DNA of 64,000 bases, from positions 45,074,001 to 45,138,000 of the forward strand of contig CM060733.1 in the NCBI GenBank assembly GCA_030704615.1, in the 5' to 3' direction. The DNA comes from Takakia lepidozioides. Its lineage: Eukaryota > Plantae > Bryophyta. Each line of letters begins with the position of its first letter. The stretch's first letter is position 1. The notes beneath the pieces were generated by a model that did not search any database, was not told the DNA's origin, and saw only the letters and a program-made list of their open reading frames with translations. The translations under genes and the position numbers were made by a program. Below, one piece after another: positions 21,089-34,377 of this stretch.

Positions 21089-23620
21089 TAACTCAATAAC
21101 AATCCTACAAAAACCACCCAGACAACTTCTGATCCAATGCTCAGCAAAACAAAAAAGCCTTCCACCCACCCCTCCTTCACCACAACACAGCACAATCCAA
21201 TCAGCAGAGTAACAAACCTGTCAAACACCCCAGAAAAACATGATGCAGCTTGCAATCATTCATGTTTGTGATCCAAACACTCGCCGAGGTCAAACATATG
21301 CACGTTGCATGTTGTTGGAGGAGCAGCCGGTCAGTTTAAAAGACCAAATGCATCAATGATGGGTGAAGTACGATAAGCTGATGGCTGTACGTCCATCGAC
21401 GGGCAGCATGCAAGTCTTTGACCAAAGTCTAGACAAACAAACACAACCATTCACAGAAACTTCAACCCAACAAAAACTGCCATGACAACCACTGAAAGCA
21501 AAGCCAAAAAGCCTTCTATTGAGCAGACCAAGAAAGCTTGTCGAACACCCCAAACAACGATGAGGCCTACAATGCATCTCAAGCCAAGTGCCACTGTCCA
21601 GGCAACCGGTGGTGCCAAGATTCCAGAAACCCGGCTACCACACCCTGCCTCTGGTAGACTGTTGACAATCAGCCCCCACAGTCCACCAGCCCTGGCTTTC
21701 TCAAGCCATACATAGGTTGGGTAGTGTGCTGTGGTGCACCCTACTGTTGGCTCGATTGGAGGGTCATTGATAACCCAATATGTGCAAGAGAAGTAGAGAG
21801 AATGTACTCATAATCCGTTGTTTGCCGAAGCCTTGTGGCCATTGACCCTGCGCCCAGTTTGAGGGGAACACAAAGAAACAGATTACCTTTGTCAAGGGCT
21901 GACACAGGTCGTATGAAACATGCAAACCTGGAATCATGCAATTGATCCGAGTTTTCCAGATATCCTCTAGAAATCCCATCACACAAACATCAATCTGCTG
22001 TGTAGAGAATTTGAGAGAGACAAAGACAGAGTGGTAACAGACAGCCGCACTCCCATTGGGTAGGTGAGCATCCGTTTCAAAAGACAATGAAAGCAGAACT
22101 CCAGGTTAGACGTGCTTGATGCCTACACAGAGTGCTTCTGGAGCTATGTGTAAACCATTGACTTTCATTCCATCAGAATTGAAGGCCTGTGTAGGCTGAT
22201 AGTTGAAACTACCCAAGGGTAAAAGAAGCTGTAAAACAACGTAAGGAATTCTTTTCTCTACCTAGTTCTCAAAATTCACTACCTTCATATGTGAAAAACC
22301 TTTCTCCTCCATACTTCAGACAGAAACCAAATACCCATCGCAGTGAAGCATTGAACAACATTTTGATGTCAGTTGTGATATTCACTTTGGAACAGCAATT
22401 GATCAACAAATAGGGGACAGATACTAGCAGGATTGCAGATCCAAATCCCCTACAATCGGGCCTGCTCCATCTCATTCCATTTCTTCAGCAGCATCAACTT
22501 CACTGTTGCCGCCGCCCATGCGATTATGTTTCTTGGCATCTCTGATTCCTCAAGAACTTAGGGTCCATCTGCACCACCACACCAACAACTTCAGGAGATT
22601 TGAACACAGCATTTGCCAACATACTTAAGGACCAAATTTCATACAAACTCTTATACGAGGTCCCAAACTAGACTTTTGTTCACTACAGGGATTTCATGAT
22701 CCATTCATAGAAACCAGATGATTACTTTCCTCTGACATTAATCCGCACAATGAACTCCACTTTACAGGAGCCATGAGTTAGGGTTGTTGCCCTGTGAAGG
22801 AGATGGGACAGCTGGTTACAAGTTCCTGCCCTGGGCGAGAGATTGAACAAAACCAGCGATGAAAATGATGTAAAAGAAAATAAAGTTATCCGTAAAGTGC
22901 CAAAAACTGGGGACGAGTACCCTGAGTTTGGCCAAAAGTGGGGAAGAGTTAACAAACTGGGGACCAAACTGATACAAAGGGAAAAAAACACGGGATGAAA
23001 CTAGTTTTCTCACCAAAACTGGTGGTCAAACTAGTTTCATACCCAGTTTGGGTTTTGCCGAGCTGCACGCCCCGCGACGCCGAGCGACCTGCGAGCAGCA
23101 AGCTGCGAGATCATGTCAGGAGCAGGACTCATGCCCAATTTCACAAACTCGGGCACAGTTTAGCAAACTCGTGCCCAATTTTGCTGACTTTACGTTTGCA
23201 CTCAAACTGGGGATGAAACACGAGTTAGAGGTCCAAACTAGGGACCAAACTGGCCATGACTTTAAGGATAACTTTATTATCAAACCGGTTTCGCAGTGTA
23301 AAGCGCCCTCGGGAGGGTCGTCAAATCCTGGTCGTGGAAACTCCTCGAGGGCAGGTGCTTTACACTATGCATAAAGCATAGACTCTCGTTGCAGAAGCTT
23401 GCTGATGTATGGTTGTCTCATATTTCAATAGCGTCACACACTTGTGCATAAAGTGACTGAGACCATCGTGATTTAGAAAGCTAGTGTGTTCTCATACGCC
23501 TAATCGGTGTGAAGTATTGACAGCAGGGGAGGCAAGAACATGAACATCTCCACAAGCGCAGCATAGTTCATGGAGAGGAACCGAGATGACTTTTACGCCT
23601 CCAACTCCCCTTCTTCAACA
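21089..23620. repeat. Segmental duplicate copy B (source locus; carries a MITE and about 100 bp extra at 22693-22795)
   Basis: Co-linear with 1818-3910. Confidence 0.95.
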
Positions 23621-23773
23621 ATTACTGCTTCACTTCATGTCAAAGCTGAGGTTCTACAAAGAATAGCTTACCCCTTTTCTGGAGGTGTACTTCTGCTTCC
23701 TAGGCTTCTTGATCCCGTTCCTGTGCGCCTTGTACGACTGGTTGTGCGCTGTGTGATTCTTTGACTTCGCCAT
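22524..23773 (-). CDS. RPL29: 60S ribosomal protein L29 (eL29): exon 1 at 23672-23773, exon 2 from 22568 with a 2-bp deletion giving an early stop (48 aa)
   Basis: Exon 1 is [34 protein letters not shown] followed by GTAAG. Exon 2 reads [14 protein letters not shown] (AGAGATGCC versus AGAGATATGCC in copy A). Confidence 0.9.
22881..23276. mobile_element. MITE in RPL29 intron 1 (copy B only)
   Basis: TIR TAAAGTTATCCGTAAAGT / ACTTTAAGGATAACTTTA (17/18). Absent at the matching site in copy A (about 3568). Internal AAACT(G/A)GGGACCAAACT repeats. Confidence 0.9.
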
Positions 23774-23884
23774 CACAACAAGCTCACCAACCCAAACTGT
23801 TTAGAGCATGAATCCGACCTTCGATCTGACCTTGGTGTTGGGGACCTCGCAGAGAGCCGACTAGTGAAGAGAGATCGGGACTCT

Positions 23885-23971
23885 AAACCCTAGGGTTTAA
23901 TGGTGCCATGATACATCATCCCATGCTGTCGTCTCATTCTGGAACATCCCATGCATCAAAACCCTAAACCC
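23885..23971. promoter_or_regulatory. Telo-box elements upstream of RPL29
   Basis: AAACCCTAGGGTTT (about 23885) and AAACCCTAAACCC (about 23959). Telo-boxes are typical of plant ribosomal-protein promoters. Confidence 0.65.
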
Positions 23972-26900
23972 ATTGTCTCTTAAGCAAAATGCTGAGCCAA
24001 CCTTTAACCATTAACCCTTAACCTTTAACCTTTAAGCTTGAAATGCCCAGTTGTTGACTTTTTCTCTTTTTTTATTTCTTTTTGTTTTGTTTCCAAGGAA
24101 ACACCACTGGCCCCAGCTACCGGACCCCTGAGGGGAGAAAAGTTTTTGAATAGTTCATATCTGAAAATTTTGCAACTGAAATGAAAGATTGTGCTTTTTA
24201 TTCTTTTTGCATATTGGGATGAGAGCAGTTGATCTTCATGTTTTGCACAGATAATACATGGCAGATCGGGCATCCTTAGCCCTTGATTTCACTCTATTTG
24301 GCCAAGGTGGATGGATGATATGGTTGATCAGAGTTCCGGGGGGCTCCGGATTGCTTCTTGACCCCTAGCTTTGGAGGGTCACTTAATCTTAGCTCTCACC
24401 TCCCTACTGTCACAGATTGCTGTCATAGAGAGAAGATGACTACAGATTTTGTGTGGTGAATCTAAAGCTTGACCTCCGTATGCAAGTGGGATTTGAACCC
24501 ATGGAACCTATATGAACAGAAGAGGCACTCTACCCCTTTTGGCAGCTTTGAACACAATGGGAGGGCATTTTGATTTGCACCAGCCTCCCTCCTAATGTGC
24601 ACACACCAAGCTAAAGGGAACAAATGCCTACATGCTCTTACATGAAATTGTTGTCATGGATGACCTCCAACAACAAATGCAATGCAAAATAAGATGGCAA
24701 TGGGATGGCAGGCCGAAGCCCACACACCAAACGGTAGAAATGAGAGCCATGCTTCATATGCACTACAATGAATGCAAAAGGTATATGTCCACTGCACATC
24801 AAAGCAACATAAGAGCCATGGAGTAATATGGCAATGTACAATTGACCCTTTGCCCTTGCTATTAGTACAATTCTTCAGCCGTAGGACCACCATAACACCA
24901 CACAGTCAAGACAAAATACACAACTTACGAATAAGCATAGAACTACTAAATATAAGGTTATGTAGATACTTGGAGCCCCCCTTCTCTTGCTGCCCTGCCC
25001 TATATGGGCTGCCCCGACACACACACACACCACACACTTTGAGGTTAGCACATGGAGTATCATATGGGCAACCTCTTATGGAATGCATTCTCACAAAGAA
25101 CGTCCCGGCCAAATAGACATGTATGTCCCCATTATGAGTGGGACAAAAATACCTCTGCCTCAACCCACATTCCACACATAGACGACATCGAGACGATTTG
25201 ACAAAAAAATGAATGGCTTGTGGATTAGGCACGAAACAACCGTGCCCAGTTGTGCATTTGGGGCCAAGCCACTGGCTAGTTTATGTAGAAGCCACTATAA
25301 TATTGAACCTCAAATGAGAAAGGGTTGTTTGATGCCTACCTTTCATGAAAGTGCCATGCGACAATCAAGCCTTCATAAGGGTCGTATCCAAAGCCAGAAA
25401 AAAAGCCTATGCCACCATTTATGATCCCTAGTAAGTTGCCAATCTGCTCGCCAATTGCCAGTCCGCTGGCCAGTCCTCTCGAAGGTTGGAGTCAGGTGCT
25501 GGAGGAGTCAGTCTCTTGGAGGGTATGAAGAACCAGGACTTAGAAAAAATTCAGAATCCGGACCCGGTGAATAGGCGGTGGGTTTATCCACTCACCCCAT
25601 GGGCCGTACTGGCGAGGCCCATAGGTGCATTGAAGACACTAATATTAAACAATGAGAGACCAATATAACTACCTATAGTTATCATTTCCAAATTGCATAG
25701 TTCTTTTCGGTCAACGGAATGATAAATAGTCACTACCATCGAGAAATTGTTTTTCATCCTACATCAACATAATTAGATTTATACTAACGAAAATCATAAA
25801 TTTTATTTAACTACAAGGTAAATGATGGATCGATACTTCACTGTAATAAAATAGTTCTTCTACAATATAGATACATGATACTTGAAGTTCCCAATCCAAA
25901 TGAGTCTCACATACACCCTAGTACATACTCCTTTACGCCGAGGATATCCTTAAACGCCTGGGAATTTCGTTCTATTTTCCATTGGTTATCTTCAATTTTT
26001 AGCCAGTCGTTGAATGATAGGCATCTGAAGTTGTATGTAGAATTTACTGGTTTAGTAATTTACGCTTCCTTTAGGAGGTGTCATACCTTTTTTTTTTACC
26101 TACTAAGGGTGGCAGCGGGGTTGGTAGGATTCCCGCTCATTCTCTCTCACCTGTCATACTAGTTTGATGAAGAGCCGTTGTGTTGTGTCCATTGCTAGTT
26201 GTTTATGCTTGTTTTATATACTGCATTGTTTTGGCTTGGCGAGGCAACGCTGCCTTTCATTACTCAGGTTCTTTTATTGCCAAACTTGGAGATGGCAGAG
26301 AAGAGAAGATGGTAAAGGGTACTAAAGTTTTGCAATATGTGTCTCACTCACTTCTTGCCCCACATGCTCATTTACATAGAAAATCTGATCTTATTGAGGC
26401 GTGGGCTAGAGAGAGATGAGCAAACAACGATGTGGTTGCATCCAATATTTAGGCGCATTGAATCCTGAGTATCTCCTATGTTTGAGGCGATCTGCATAAA
26501 GGTTTATGTTCCAAAAGTGCCATTGGCTGCAAATTTGCGATTCTTGTGGAGGTGCTACGTCTCTTGAAGGTCGCCAGTCCGCTCACCAATCGCTAATCCA
26601 CTGGCCAGTCCGCGAGCGGACTCCAACTGGCGAGCGCACTGACTCCAACCTTCAACCGGACTAGCGGACCCTCCTCAGGCAAAATATATATTTATTATTA
26701 ACACACATTACTGCCACAGTATCACTTGGCAGGATTTGAACACCAAACCACATGCTTATGATAAGTAGCTCTTTACCACCACACTTCTACAACACTTCCA
26801 AAAAATCAATGTCTTATGATGTGTTTTGTGGCCCAGCAGACTCCCTTGCCCCCGCAGGCTCAGCTGAGCACGACGGGTAGGGGGCGCCCCATCCTTTGCC

Positions 26901-28778
26901 ACCCCCTCTCCCACATGTGGGCCCCGCCGCAGCCACACGTGCCCGCATTGAAGACACTAATTTCAAACAATGAGAAGCGTTATATTGTCACACAGACGAG
27001 TTCATAAGGTCACCTGCCCACCAAACCCCCAAAATAACATGTCGTTGCTGGATATGGAAGTCTTGTCGTGGTGAGATTTTTTTTGCTCGATAGGTGAAGC
27101 AGAATTGAGGATTGGAAATGATACAAATCACCGATAGCATCCCCATCTCATTTTTGGAGAAATTAATGGCTCCGGCATACCTCGCCGTTGAGGGAGAAGC
27201 CATGGAAACGATGGAAATCCACAATTTTGCTCACTCTGAGGACCAATCACTTAAATGTTACTAAGAAGATATATAACTGAAAGAAATCATGGTTGGAAAA
27301 CTTATAGTAGCAAAAGCCATTAGGATCTCTATTGTCTACATCAGAAAAACAAGTGTATGTATTTTTTTTGGCTAGTCTCAGATGAGGTAAACTATAATGT
27401 GAAAAGAGATGGATGTAATTAAAAATAATATATTTTGTTATCCATCAAAAATCTGTTACCTTACAATAAGTATAATAAAACCAATTTTATTAACAAAAAA
27501 AACAATAACAAAATAAAAAAAACCTAGAAAAATAAATAAATAATATATTTAAGATATATTTTTGTTACTCAAGAATGGAATAATTTACTCATTTTTTCAT
27601 TTTTTTTATCAAAATTATTTAGTAATTCATGACAGTAGACATCAATGACTAGAGTTAAACGTGGGTATGTGGCTCAAAAACGATGTAAAGTTTTTGTCAT
27701 ACATACTCAGGATTTCAAAGAGATCATTCAAAACTATTTTGGATTCCTAATCAGCAAGGAATAAGGGCTTTAGCTTCCTCTTATCCCGGGATAGAAACAA
27801 ACGAAAAAGAGATCTTTGCTTCTTATGCACGGATTATCAGCAGTCCGAGATAAAGGAATATCCTATAATACAATGATTCAAAGTTTTATATAAAAACAAT
27901 ACTGCTTTTGAATCGCAAAATGCTTGCACAAATAGCTATATTAGATAGCAATTGCATTTCCAATTGTTTTTTTTGTTTTTAATTTTTTCCATTTGTGTTA
28001 TTGATTTAATCTCGGATGCTTCTAATCCCATGCCAATCTTGTCTTTGGAACCGGTGGTTTCTGTAGCCATCTTCTAGTCGTTAAAAGAATAATGTTCCAC
28101 AGATCTTTACTGGAAATGACAGGTGTCTCGTTGTGGGTATGCACTTACTAATGTGATCGACAATTAGGGTGCACATGGAACCATGGACTAGTTATGATGG
28201 TCCAATGGGGTTTTTCACAAAACATGCGGCAACGATTGATTGGTCGTTTTTTGATCGGGGACTTCAAAACGGAGGAAGTTGTAAATTGGTGTATAAAAAT
28301 ATATTGTTGCTCTGTCAAGCTTGAAAGCTTGGCTTGACGTTGGACATTTCATGTCACCAATTCTAGTGATGTTCCAGATAGAGGGGAGCTCAATCCCATT
28401 GTCCAACCACACAAACATAAATGATATTTCTTCATTTAAATGCATTCTTGTTGAGTCTCTTCAGATGCTAAAAGAAAGTATCATAGAATCTTCTTCTTCT
28501 CAACTTCTAATTGATGTCTTATTGAGCAATTCATGTGGAGCTTCGATCCAGTAAAATATAAAGTTTCCTTGGTTGCTAGGTAACAAAATAATTAACAGCT
28601 AATACATTGTAAATGATGCACATCATTTACCTCGCTCGAAACAACCACCTTGTAAGCAACTTGAGACCAATTATACAGTGTGATGATAACATACTACACA
28701 TGGAAGGTAGCTCTTGAAGTCTTGTAATCACACCCCAACCATCCCTCATCATGGAGCCACCCCATACAATGATTGGTA

Positions 28779-28787
28779 CTCTCTCTC

Positions 28788-28825
<38 letters not shown>

Positions 28826-28840
28826 ACCCACACACACACA
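28779..28840. repeat. Compound (CT)n/(CA)n microsatellite
   Basis: Seen directly in the sequence. Confidence 0.85.
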
Positions 28841-29600
28841 TACCAAAAAGGCAAAAGGTTAGGGTTGCCAAATTTTAAGAGTTAAACTATTTTCATTATA
28901 ACCTTTTGATCATGGTGAGAATTTGTCACACATAAGAAGACCTCATCAAAATCTTGACTATAATTGGGATATGATCTGAATGTATGGATTGTATTTAAGG
29001 ATGTATTTTGCAGTTCAGGTTTTGAGGCCAATGCATACTCTTTTGTGCATAATTTACATTAAAGATTTTATATGCACAAAAGACAAGGTAAGCGATGACC
29101 TGATAGTCTATAAAGACTATATGACCTGATAGTCAAGGTAAGCGATGGAACTTTCAAGCTTGAGATCTTTGTTGCCAATGCATGAGGTTGTTTAGGACAT
29201 TGTGATTTCAATCCAAGTCGCTGAGGCCAACGCATGAACTTGTTGAGGGGTGTTATTTATGACCAAGATCTTACTTGACATAATTGTTAAAGAGTATAAC
29301 TTCCGATCAAGGGCAAGGAATGAACTTGTCAAGAGGTGTCATTTCCAAACCTTTGCAAGCCATTGATCATGTAAGTGTCAAGGATGCAATTTGAAATCAA
29401 AATCATATAGTACAATACATGCACAAATACAACAACATGATAGTTTGTTGCAGTGTATTATGCAAAATCAATAAGATTGTGAAATTAAACGGAAATGACT
29501 GGCCCAAATTTGGTGAGCGTTGTTTGTATATTTCAAGGGCTCTACTCGAAAAGCACAATACTTAGATGCTAGCTCAGTTGGGGATGGTAATGTATATCAG

Positions 29601-32600
29601 GTGCAGAGGGTGCATCGGCATCCAATCACCAGGATAGCAGTAAGGGGGAGGAGCGTAAGAAGAGCAAGTCAAGGAGGCATACCTTCCGGTACATTCTTTC
29701 ATCCACAAAGTTTCGAGCCTCACTGAAGAGGAGAGGTAGTACGCGCTCAAAGAATCTCTCTTTTAACATTGAGGATGCTCGGGAGGTGGAGGAACAAAAA
29801 GCTGTTGAAGAATTCCGCAAAGAACTTCTAGCTGACAATCTCCTGCCTAAGCGTCATGATGATTATCATACCGTTCTCCGGTCCTTACTCCCAATCTACT
29901 TTCATAAAATTGTGTTTTTTTTTTTGTTGCTAGTTAGGGCGTATTTACTGTCAAGCGTGATATGACACATATTATCATTGGCACCTCAATATTAACCGCT
30001 TAAATTTTCTAGAGTTCACTTTTGATCATATCTCACACTTATGATGTTCTTTTAGTTGTCTGCATGTTGCACAGTCTATAGAAATGCACCTATTTAAGCG
30101 CGTATCTATGGACTCATTATGTTATATTTGTAATCAGAGCAACAACTTTTATAATTTTGAATGTTTATTGATATGAGGACAACAATATAATTAGGGATGA
30201 GTGTACGTAAGAGTGAAGGTCTATTGAACTTGTTAAATGATCATGTAGTGAAGTTTCAAGATGTGCACTTTGGGGGTTGCATTTGGTAGTTATGCTCACT
30301 CACTTTCCACCTATGTTGTTCTCAATGAGCAGCTGGTACGAGTCAATAGTCTCCATAGATTGTGTTCTAGCCTCTGTTTTCTTGCAAGTTGAATAGCAGT
30401 TTATGGATGTGGTGGCTATTTTTCAGTGTCCCTACTTTTCTGTCTTGTTCTTATTACCCATTTGAGTTTTCCATGGATGTTACAAATTAGTCAACTATAT
30501 GGAAAATATGTTGAAACAAAAATACTTCTCGGCTACCTCTATGACTTTCGATCCTTTTAACTTTATTTTAGGCTTAATTGTTTGTTTTATGAATTGTGAC
30601 AGTTTCTTGAAGGCGAGGAAGTATGATATTGATAAGGCAAAACAAATGTGGGCAAACATGCTACATTGGCGCAAGGAATATGGTACCGACACAATTGAAG
30701 AGGTTAAATCAATCACACTTGGTGTAGATAGCACACATCGCGCTTGCAATGAGTCTTCTACTTGCTATTGTCAAAGCTATTGTTTTTCCAGCCTCCAGGT
30801 CATTTGCATTAGCAAGACAGAGAATTGATGTGGTGGAAGCCGAATCTACATTCATTTTTAATAAATTTTCTTACAATTTTATTTCAGGATTTTGATTTCA
30901 AAGAGTTGGAAGAGGTTCGAAAGCATTATCCACAGGGACATCATGGGTTAGACAAAGAAGGCAGACCAGTTTACATTGAGAGAATTGGCCTAGTGGATCC
31001 CGTGCAATTGATGGCAACCACGACGCTGGAAAGATATTTGAAGTACCATGTGCTTGAGTTTGAGAAGACTCTCAACCTAAAATTCCCGGCATGCTCCATT
31101 GCTGCTAAGCGTCACATTAGCTCCACCACCACAATTCTGGACGTAGGTGGGAGTGGTAGGTATTTTTCCCTACAACTGTAATTAGCCAGATGCACATGCT
31201 TGCAGACCTCAGATCCACTGGTGCAACAATACGGTGCATGTGCTAGTGCAGGGCTTGAAAAATTTCAGTAAGGCGGCACGGGATCTCATCATCGGGATTC
31301 AAAAGATTGATCAAAGTAACTATCCTGAGGTACTCCGTTTTTTTTTTACCAAAATTATGTTAGGATGGGTTATATAACATGCAGTGAATAATGGTGTGGT
31401 AGTTTGCACCAAGCTGATTGAAGGGCATGGGATGTCTGGGAATGACAGACATTGCACGGCATGTTCATAATCAACGCTGGTGCAGGCTTCAGAATGTTGT
31501 GGGGCACCATCAAAAGCTTTCTAGATCCTAGAACCACGACTAAGATTAATGTGCGTTGTCTCTCACCATATTTTGTTGGTATACACAATATTTCGGCTTG
31601 CTATGATGTTATATGGAGTTTTGATACAATTAAGCCATCAAAAACCCCCAAAATTAAAGCTCCAATGATTAATAAGGGTTGACAAATTATCTTGTGCACT
31701 TACAACAAGTCATCATTTCGAATAGGTGTCTTAAAATCATTTGCACTTAGAGATTTATGTAGGTATTGTAGTTTAATAGTGGAAAAAATCCTAAAAGACT
31801 AGAGAGATTGCAATCTAGAAACATTATTTACACGCGTTCAGTGTATCGATTGATTGACTGCCAAAATCTTCATCAATTTTTCATCAAATATATATTTTTT
31901 GTCTCGTCAATGCAATCAAGCTTTCATTCACTTTAACAAATGATTGGAAAGCATGTCAGGTGCTTGGAGGCAGCTATGAGCACAAGCTATTGGAAGTAAT
32001 TGACGCAAGGTAGCTCATTTGTCATGGATGTGTTGGCACCATCCTTGCAGATATGGTTAGGCATCAGTCTAACCAATTTGCCAACCAGTTTGTATTGCAA
32101 TGTGGACTAATATTGCACTTGCTAGAAAGATAAATTTGTGCTGCAAAGTTGGTTGGCATATGAAGATTCAAGTGGAATTGTGCCATTTCTATCTTCAGTT
32201 GTTAGGTTGTTACCACCCATAGTAGGAATAATCATGTGCAAGCTTGGAATGTGGAAAAGCAGTCAATTGCCGGAGTTTTTGGGGGGAAGCTGTACATGTG
32301 CTCAAGAAGGTGGTTGTCTACGCTCTGACCGGGGCCCTTGGAAGGATCCTACAATTTTGAAGGTTTGCTTTGAATTTTTTTTTAAATATATAAAAATAAA
32401 TATATTATTATTATTATTATTATTATTAATTTATAATAATAAACAAATAAATTTATTAATTTAATTTAATTTAATTTTTATTTATTATTTTATAATGTAC
32501 CTTATGATGTAGTGGCTTCTTGAACTCCTGTCTGTTCATTTGCCTCTTACTTATCAAGTTGCATCTTGGCAGGCAGTGAAGGAAGGGCAGTTGAAGGCTG

Positions 32601-34308
32601 CAACACAAGTAGTTTTATTTACAAATGAAGATGTAGATGAAGATCTCCAAGCAGCACTTATGAAGGTTCATTTTCTTCACTCTCTTAGCAAATATAGAAC
32701 ACATCTCTCTATCTTTTTCTTGTGAAAAAAGCCCAAATCACACTTTTACAACAAATTTTTAGAGTATAGCAGAGACACCAATTTAACGAAATTACTATTT
32801 GACTCCTCCTTAATTCCTAAATGCTCCGAGTTCCTAATCTTTTTTCATTTGCTGCACCCTGCTTTGAGAAGCAGGGTCTAGAGATCACCAACACTAACTG
32901 GAAGAAAATGATAGAGGGCGATCATTTAAGCTAAGAGCATCACATCATTTTAAATAATGTGTCCAAAGGTGGACACATTTGGCATGACCAAATGGATAGC
33001 CAAAGTAGCTCTCACATGTTTAGAACAAAAAATTCCTTTATATAACATGGTTCAGTTGCAGTCAGACTAGGTTCCAAAGCAAGTTGCATCCCCTATCAAA
33101 ACCTATCACCAGGTCTGTTTCGAGTTTTTGTTCAAGAAGTTTGAATCCATCGATGGTAACTAATCTCTCACTACATTAAGTGTTTATTCAGTTCCATTCT
33201 CCACTCTTTCACCCGCAAACAAATAACAAAAGTTTTCCAGGTCAAGAGTTTTTGCAAAATCTGCCTTTCTTAGGACGTGCAACCTCTACAAAATCTTGTT
33301 TTCTGTATTTGGCTTCTGAGCTGGTTTAGTGAGGCCAAATTGTCATACTCACACATCACAATATAAATTATATGCTAGTTATCAAACATCACAGAATCTC
33401 ATATCAAATCCCGAATTGTAAAAAAATAAATTTTGTAGTTACTAGCTAAAAAGAGTGTCTAGAGAAGGGCATATAATTAATTGAAGGTTTCTTACTCTTC
33501 CAAAATTACTTCAAGTTTCATCTTAGAAATTGTATCTGGGTAGGAACTCAATTTTGAGGACTACCGGTATGTCAGTGAAAATCCCGTTTGTTCGTAGTTG
33601 CAACTCAAAATGAGAGATTTTCTTTATTGTGTATGCAATGGTCTTACAATGCCATATATTGCACAAGTAGTGGGGGTTGTGAACATTGTTATAAGCATCT
33701 TTATGAGAGCTCTTACTAAATCATTTCATCGTTGATCCCTATTCTCTTAGTGATTACAACATGTTATCAGTATTATTTATCATATCACTTCACCCCAATT
33801 AAAGGTATTGCCTTTGATTTGGAAAGTGGACACCTTTTAATATGCAAAACCCGCGGGCAATGCGATTACCCAAACCTCCACAACACACGAATATGCACAA
33901 TATCCACATTTAAATGATCGGTTGATCCAAGACCCCTTTCTTATAGGGGGTTGGATGGGTGACATCCAACATACACCTATGGCTTTGAACTCATGACCAC
34001 TTGCAAGGGGCCCTTGTGCCATAGACATTGAGGTCATCTGTTGGATGCGGATGTTAGATATAATCACATCCTCATATTCTCATCTTTTTTATCTACTAGG
34101 TTCATTACCTCAAAAAAGGCAAACAAGCGGATATAAAGTGTTCTTAATCATATACTCCTTTCCTCATAGAGATTGCTCATATTAGGTAGAGAGGCTTAGC
34201 AACTTAGCTGCATGAGACACTCCATCTTTCAATGACGTTGTTGGGGTTCTTTTGGTTTCTCTTTGCAATTAAAATGAGACATATAGACCCTCTGAGTTTG
34301 TGGATGTC

Positions 34309-34377
<69 letters not shown>

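Noticed and set aside
24000-24035. TTAACC(C/T)T repeats as a telomeric tract or piggyBac end
   Set aside because: Short and degenerate, and no partner end was found.
24485-26790. Minus-strand B-box-like motifs at about 24488 and 26731
   Set aside because: A boxes are too degenerate. At most these are old SINE remnants.
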